Positions 59,496-64,000 of a stretch of DNA of 64,000 nt are shown in pieces. The DNA comes from Thermoanaerobaculia bacterium (GTDB taxonomy: Bacteria > Acidobacteriota > Thermoanaerobaculia > UBA2201 > DAOSWS01), in the NCBI GenBank assembly GCA_035593605.1, contig DAOSWS010000018.1, positions 18,140 through 82,139 on the forward strand, read 5' to 3'. The first letter of the stretch is position 1. Each line of letters begins with the position of its first letter. A program made the translations under genes and the position numbers. Under the pieces are notes generated by a model. The model was not told the origin of the DNA, searched no databases, and was given only the letters and a program-made list of their open reading frames with translations.

Positions 59496-60875
59496 TCACC
59501 AGTGAAGAAGTACAGGAGGGATCAGGAGAATCAGGCTGAGGATCACAAAGATGATTTCCAGGGGGAGGAGCCAGCGGAACCATTTTTCGAAAGGTACGCC
59601 TGCCAGTTCAAGGGTCCCGATCGTGACCGCCGAAGTCGGGATGATCATGTTGGTGAACCCATCCCCAAACTGGTAGGCAAGCACCGCGGTCTGGCGTGTG
59701 ATTCCGGATAGATCGGCAAGGGGCGCCAGGACCGGCATGGTCAGGGCAGCCTTTGTCGTACCGGACGGAATGAAGAAATTCACGCACAGCTGGATGAAAT
59801 ACTGGACATAGGCGGACAGAATCGGATGAATTCCGCCAAAGAGGTTTGAGCTTGCATGGAGGATCGTGTCAATAATTCTCCCGTCTTCGAGGAGTACGAG
59901 AATCCCCGCCGCCAGGCCGACAAGGAGTGCCGCCCCGGCAATATCCTTTGCTCCCTGAAGAAATTCAGTTGCAATATCGTTGATCTTCATGCGGGACAGA
60001 AAACCGGTGAGGATTCCCATGGCTATAAAGAGTCCGGCAAGCTCCCGGATGTACCACTGCCAGACAATGACACCGATAAAGAGCATGACAATCGTGGTCC
60101 CCAGCAGACCGAGAACCAGTCCGTGCCTCAGGCTGAACGACCCTTCGGCCCTGGTTTCTTCCGCGAGCTTTGAACGTTTTTTACCATCGAGATCGACCAT
60201 GGAGCTCAGTTCAGGGTTTTTTCGGATTGTTTCGGCGTATCGAAGAACCCAGATTACCGTGAGCAGGGTGACAAAGAACCAGATGCCCACGCGGTACTCC
60301 CAGCCGCTGACGGGGGGAAGCCCGGAGAGCTTCTGGGCGATCTGCACCGTAAAGGGGTTGAAAAATGCAGTGGCAAAACCCACACCGGCTGCGAGAAAGG
60401 AAAAACAGAGACCGACGATGGAATCGTAACCGAGGGACAGGGCCAGAGGAACGAAGATCAGAACAAAGGGCATGGCCTCCTCGCACATGCCGAAAAAGGC
60501 ACCGAAAAAAGAGAAGGTAAACATGGTGATCACCACGATCAGCTTGCGTCTGTGTCCCATGCGCAAAACCAGAGCGTTGACGCCGGCGGCAATGGCGCCC
60601 GATTTGTTCAGAATCTGAAATGCGCCCCCGATAAAGAAAATGAAGGCAATGATTTCCGCAAGGCGGACAAAGCCGGACAGAGGGGCCATAAAGAGTTCAA
60701 GAAGCTGAGGATCCTTGTCTATCCTTGTAAACGATCCCTTGACCACGGTTTCGCTTCCATCGGGCTGCTGGATGCGCTCGAACTGACCGCCGGGAACAAC
60801 CAGGGTCAGGAGCGAGGCAAAGATGAGAAGGGCAAAGACGATGACGAAGGGATGGGGTACTTTGATTTCTTTCAC
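59496..60875 (-). CDS. YfcC/ion-transporter-superfamily membrane permease
   Basis: About 12 TM segments; N-terminal region resembles the YfcC family. Confidence 0.55.
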   Translation of the reverse strand: MKEIKVPHPFVIVFALLIFASLLTLVVPGGQFERIQQPDGSETVVKGSFTRIDKDPQLLELFMAPLSGFVRLAEIIAFIFFIGGAFQILNKSGAIAAGVNALVLRMGHRRKLIVVITMFTFSFFGAFFGMCEEAMPFVLIFVPLALSLGYDSIVGLCFSFLAAGVGFATAFFNPFTVQIAQKLSGLPPVSGWEYRVGIWFFVTLLTVIWVLRYAETIRKNPELSSMVDLDGKKRSKLAEETRAEGSFSLRHGLVLGLLGTTIVMLFIGVIVWQWYIRELAGLFIAMGILTGFLSRMKINDIATEFLQGAKDIAGAALLVGLAAGILVLLEDGRIIDTILHASSNLFGGIHPILSAYVQYFIQLCVNFFIPSGTTKAALTMPVLAPLADLSGITRQTAVLAYQFGDGFTNMIIPTSAVTIGTLELAGVPFEKWFRWLLPLEIIFVILSLILLIPPVLLHW

Positions 60876-61085
60876 GCAGCCACCTCCGGAAAACCAGAAT
60901 CAAATTGATCGCTCCATTCATGGGTGAGATGACCCGCGGCAGGAGTGATATGTGAAATCAAAAGTCTCCCCATTGTACAGAATATTCTGGATTTTACGAA
61001 AGGAACATTCCCGGATTCTAAGAAAAGGATCCCCCCGGGCGTCTCCTGGTTGTGTGAAGGGGAATCCAGATTTCAGGAGGTCATC

Positions 61086-63470
61086 ATGAAAAAGAACCGA
61101 ATGTTGATGCTTGCTGCCATGGGATTGGGAATTATGATCTTTTCCACGATCCTGTTTGGCGGCCCCGTGCAGGGAACGAATGAAGAGAATCCGACAGGCC
61201 GGGTCGTCCTTCCATGGAATGACTTCCAGACCCTTCTACAGCTGGACCGGGATGAGATTGTTCTGTCATCCAGGGAACTGACCGCGATTCTGAATCAGAT
61301 TGCCGTCGATCAGCGGCCGGACATCTCGCCGGTGGAAGGCCGGATGGTTCTGACCAGGGAGCAGTTTCGATCCCTCCTTCAGCGGATGCGGCCCCAGGGC
61401 CCGTCTACCGGCATACCGCCGGCCCCGTACCTGATTCAGTCCGCAGAATACACCATGGAATGGGGGGAGGATCAGGTGGACGTCCGGGCGGTTTTCACGA
61501 TTCAGACCTTCGAGAGTACCTCTTCCGGGTACAGCAAGGTCCCCCTTTTCCCCGAAGCGATGGCCATTCGCTCCATGGCGACAGGGAAGGAGAAAGTGAC
61601 CATCATGTTTGAGCAGGGCAGAATTGTTGCGGTCCTCCCTTCGCCCGCCCAGCTGACATTGGTGGCGGACTTTGTTGTGGGTCTGCCAGCAAAGCAACAT
61701 TCCCATCAGATTTCCTTTCCGATTCCCCAGACCCCTATAACCCGGGTGTCGATGAAGGTGGATTCAAAAGAGGCCGATATACAGATTGACCGGGCGGCTT
61801 CGATCCAGATGGAATCCCGGGGGAAAATCACTGTTGCGCAGGCCATCCTTGCTCCGGGGACTGCAATGAACGTGACATGGAGAAAAAAGATTCCGCAGAT
61901 CGAGCGGGGGCCGGCCAAACTCTATGCAGAAACCAACCATCTGATTACACTGGAAGACGGTTCGATACGGGTCACAGCCTATATGCGCCTTACGATTCTT
62001 CAAAACCTGCTCTCCGCGGTTCGAATCCGGCTTCCGGAAGGGTATACCCTGCTCAACCTCACAGGGGACAGTCTTGGAGACTGGATCCTGGTCGACAAAG
62101 ATGAAATCCACATGGTCGAGGTTCCCTTCCTCGATCCCAGAGAAGGTCAGGTAGATCTCGTACTCAGCCTGGAACATACCCTGGAAGGCGAGGCCTCTAC
62201 AGTCTCCTGGGACGGATGCCGGGTGATTGATGCAGTGCGGGATGCCGGAACGATCGGCGTGGAAAGCAAAGCCACATCGGAATGCACGATTCTGGAAGAG
62301 AACAACGTTCATCGTGTCGACCCGTCGGAACTGCCCGTGGTTCTCCAGAATGCATCCAGACATCCCTTTCTCTATGCGTGTTCGTACCTCTCTCACCCAT
62401 CATCGTTCCTGATGGAAATCTCGAGACATCCCGAGCTTCCCGTCATCTCCACAGTCGTGGACTCCATTCATGGCGTCACCCTGCTGACTCCGGACGGGAA
62501 ATGTGTTCACCAGGCAACCTACACGGTTCGGAATACATCCCGCCAGTTCATGACCTTTGTCCTTCCGGAGAAAACCGAGGTATGGAGTGTCTTTGTATCG
62601 GGAGAACCGGTCAAACCCAGGCTCTCTGAGGGTTCTGTCCTGGTTCCGCTCAAGAGATCCCGTCCTGTTAACGGTTCTCTGGATTCCTTCACCATCGAAC
62701 TGGTGCTCTTTGAACGGTTTCCTGCCCTCTCCGCACTGAGCCGGGGGAGGGTTTCCATCCCCGTACCCGACGCCATTGTCAGTCAGGTCATGTGGAGCCT
62801 GGTGGTTCCTGAGGAGCGAAGCTTCCTTGCTTTGGGCGGAACGATGGAGCAGGAAAAGCAGCATGAAGGTCTTCGTCCCCTTCTCTCGTCCCTTTGTGTG
62901 GAAAAAGCTCCGCTGGGAATGATGGACGAGGACAAAGCCCTGGATGTGGCCGGGAGGGAGCAGGAAGCCGATAAGCTCAAGGATCAGTTTTCGCCGAGCC
63001 TTGCCCTTCCCAAAGAGGAAATTGCCCGTCAGGTGGAAGAGGAGAGTCGATTCGGAGAACGCCTCCGAGCCTCTTCGAGCGCAGCGGTAGGCGGTACGGC
63101 GGGAGTGTTGCCCATCCGGATCCATATTCCCACCCATGGTCAGGTGTTCCGGTTCGCCAAGACCGTCATTTACGGTGACTCTCTCACCATCACCTTCACG
63201 CAGGCTTCGACCGGTCTCCTCTCTGTCCTCCGGACCCTTCTATGGCTTCTCCTGATGGCCGGTTCCCTGCGGCTGGTCTATGTCAGTCTTAAGAGGATGA
63301 TCACAGGGAAGATCTGTGTCCGCGACATGTCCATCCTGGGTCTAGCTCTTCTTGCCATCCTCTCGATTCCCGTCTGGCTGCCGGCTTCCCTGGTCTTCCT
63401 TGCCGCCGGCTGGAGTGTCCATGTCGCCTGGAAACCCATGAATTCGGAAGAATCACCTGTCGGCAAATAA
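61086..63470 (+). CDS. Large (about 795 aa) membrane-anchored hypothetical protein
   Basis: RBS GGAGG 6 nt before the ATG; N-terminal signal-anchor; long beta-rich extracytoplasmic region; C-terminal helical hairpin (two TM helices). Confidence 0.6.
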   Translation: MKKNRMLMLAAMGLGIMIFSTILFGGPVQGTNEENPTGRVVLPWNDFQTLLQLDRDEIVLSSRELTAILNQIAVDQRPDISPVEGRMVLTREQFRSLLQRMRPQGPSTGIPPAPYLIQSAEYTMEWGEDQVDVRAVFTIQTFESTSSGYSKVPLFPEAMAIRSMATGKEKVTIMFEQGRIVAVLPSPAQLTLVADFVVGLPAKQHSHQISFPIPQTPITRVSMKVDSKEADIQIDRAASIQMESRGKITVAQAILAPGTAMNVTWRKKIPQIERGPAKLYAETNHLITLEDGSIRVTAYMRLTILQNLLSAVRIRLPEGYTLLNLTGDSLGDWILVDKDEIHMVEVPFLDPREGQVDLVLSLEHTLEGEASTVSWDGCRVIDAVRDAGTIGVESKATSECTILEENNVHRVDPSELPVVLQNASRHPFLYACSYLSHPSSFLMEISRHPELPVISTVVDSIHGVTLLTPDGKCVHQATYTVRNTSRQFMTFVLPEKTEVWSVFVSGEPVKPRLSEGSVLVPLKRSRPVNGSLDSFTIELVLFERFPALSALSRGRVSIPVPDAIVSQVMWSLVVPEERSFLALGGTMEQEKQHEGLRPLLSSLCVEKAPLGMMDEDKALDVAGREQEADKLKDQFSPSLALPKEEIARQVEEESRFGERLRASSSAAVGGTAGVLPIRIHIPTHGQVFRFAKTVIYGDSLTITFTQASTGLLSVLRTLLWLLLMAGSLRLVYVSLKRMITGKICVRDMSILGLALLAILSIPVWLPASLVFLAAGWSVHVAWKPMNSEESPVGK

Positions 63471-63498
63471 AAATCCCAGATTATTTTAAATGGCAAGC

Positions 63499-63530
63499 GT
63501 AGGGGAGGGGAAACCCTCCCCTGTTATTAT
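63499..63530 (+). terminator. Rho-independent terminator
   Basis: AGGGGAGGG-GAAA-CCCTCCCCT hairpin followed by a U-rich stretch. Confidence 0.7.
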
Positions 63531-63711
63531 GGCTCTCCCTCCGCGTATGGAGCTTTGGGTAGACTCATTTAGTAAGACGTCCGGTACAAGTCAATGGGCT
63601 GATTGACGGTGGTATTGTCACCAGATATTTTGACAATAGGTATCGTATCCCCAGATATTTTCAAAATACTACAACTAAAATAATTTTCATGAAGTACCCT
63701 CATTAGAGCAT

Positions 63712-63981
63712 TTAATTTCCTTTACTAAATGGTCTTTGATGGTGTCTACTTCGCAGGCGAAATACCTTGAGTGATGGTGTGGTATAGTCTTCTTGTATTA
63801 ACAATATTTCGTTTGTTGGTGGAAAAAATACTAACTTTCCAATATCTGTGCCTTTTAAACGAAAATCCCCATCAACTAGTCGATTCCATTCGTGTTCCTT
63901 CCAGAGTAATGTGCACGCATCTCTAAGAAATACGATAAAACCACTCGAGGTCATGTCAATAGGTGTGTAAAAAGGGTTCAT
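63712..63981 (-). CDS. Hypothetical small protein in a low-GC segment
   Basis: 89-aa ORF inside an AT-rich region; no recognisable motif. Confidence 0.3.
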   Translation of the reverse strand: MNPFYTPIDMTSSGFIVFLRDACTLLWKEHEWNRLVDGDFRLKGTDIGKLVFFPPTNEILLIQEDYTTPSLKVFRLRSRHHQRPFSKGN

Positions 63982-64000
63982 GCGGCATGATCCTTATTCA

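Noticed and set aside
62400-63137. 245-aa minus-strand ORF
   Set aside because: Antisense to the large membrane protein, which has an RBS and coherent topology. No motifs.

Overview
This is a 64 kb, high-GC (visually about 55-60%) bacterial chromosomal segment, densely coding on both strands.

**Gene content.** Most genes are recognisable core functions:
- ftsY, ribD and ribE, hemW, folK, lolA
- tgt-yajC-secD-secF, a relA/spoT-family (p)ppGpp enzyme, rpmB
- accB-accC-thiE, pckA, xerC, nadA, ispH
- an RNase P RNA (rnpB) on the minus strand
- a complete type IV pilus pilMNOPQ operon

**Lineage.** Two tandem PpcA-like multihaem cytochromes (c7/c3 family), a TIGR02300 'FYDLN_acid' zinc-ribbon protein and a flotillin suggest a Deltaproteobacteria-like lineage (Desulfobacterota or Myxococcota type). 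This is inference only.

**Candidates for something new:**
1. The pilMNOPQ operon is extended, inside the same terminator-bounded unit, by two lipoproteins. The second carries four IPT/TIG domains plus a PKD domain. A TPR protein and a Roadblock/LC7 protein follow immediately. A second TPR + Roadblock pair lies at 1.3-2.5 kb.
2. A flotillin, aminotransferase::HprK-like P-loop kinase fusion and PEP carboxykinase form a three-gene minus-strand operon, with a paralogous stand-alone aminotransferase divergent from it.
3. An 11-nt poly-C tract encoding S-P-P-P sits 4 codons upstream of the catalytic Cys of a secreted dual-specificity phosphatase. This is a candidate phase-variation switch.
4. The GC content drops abruptly after a terminator at about 63.5 kb. 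That region carries an 8-bp inverted repeat and two 17-bp direct repeats, and may be an island or mobile-element boundary.

No CRISPR array, transposase or tRNA was found. Many long antisense 'mirror' ORFs in the supplied track are GC-driven artefacts and were rejected.
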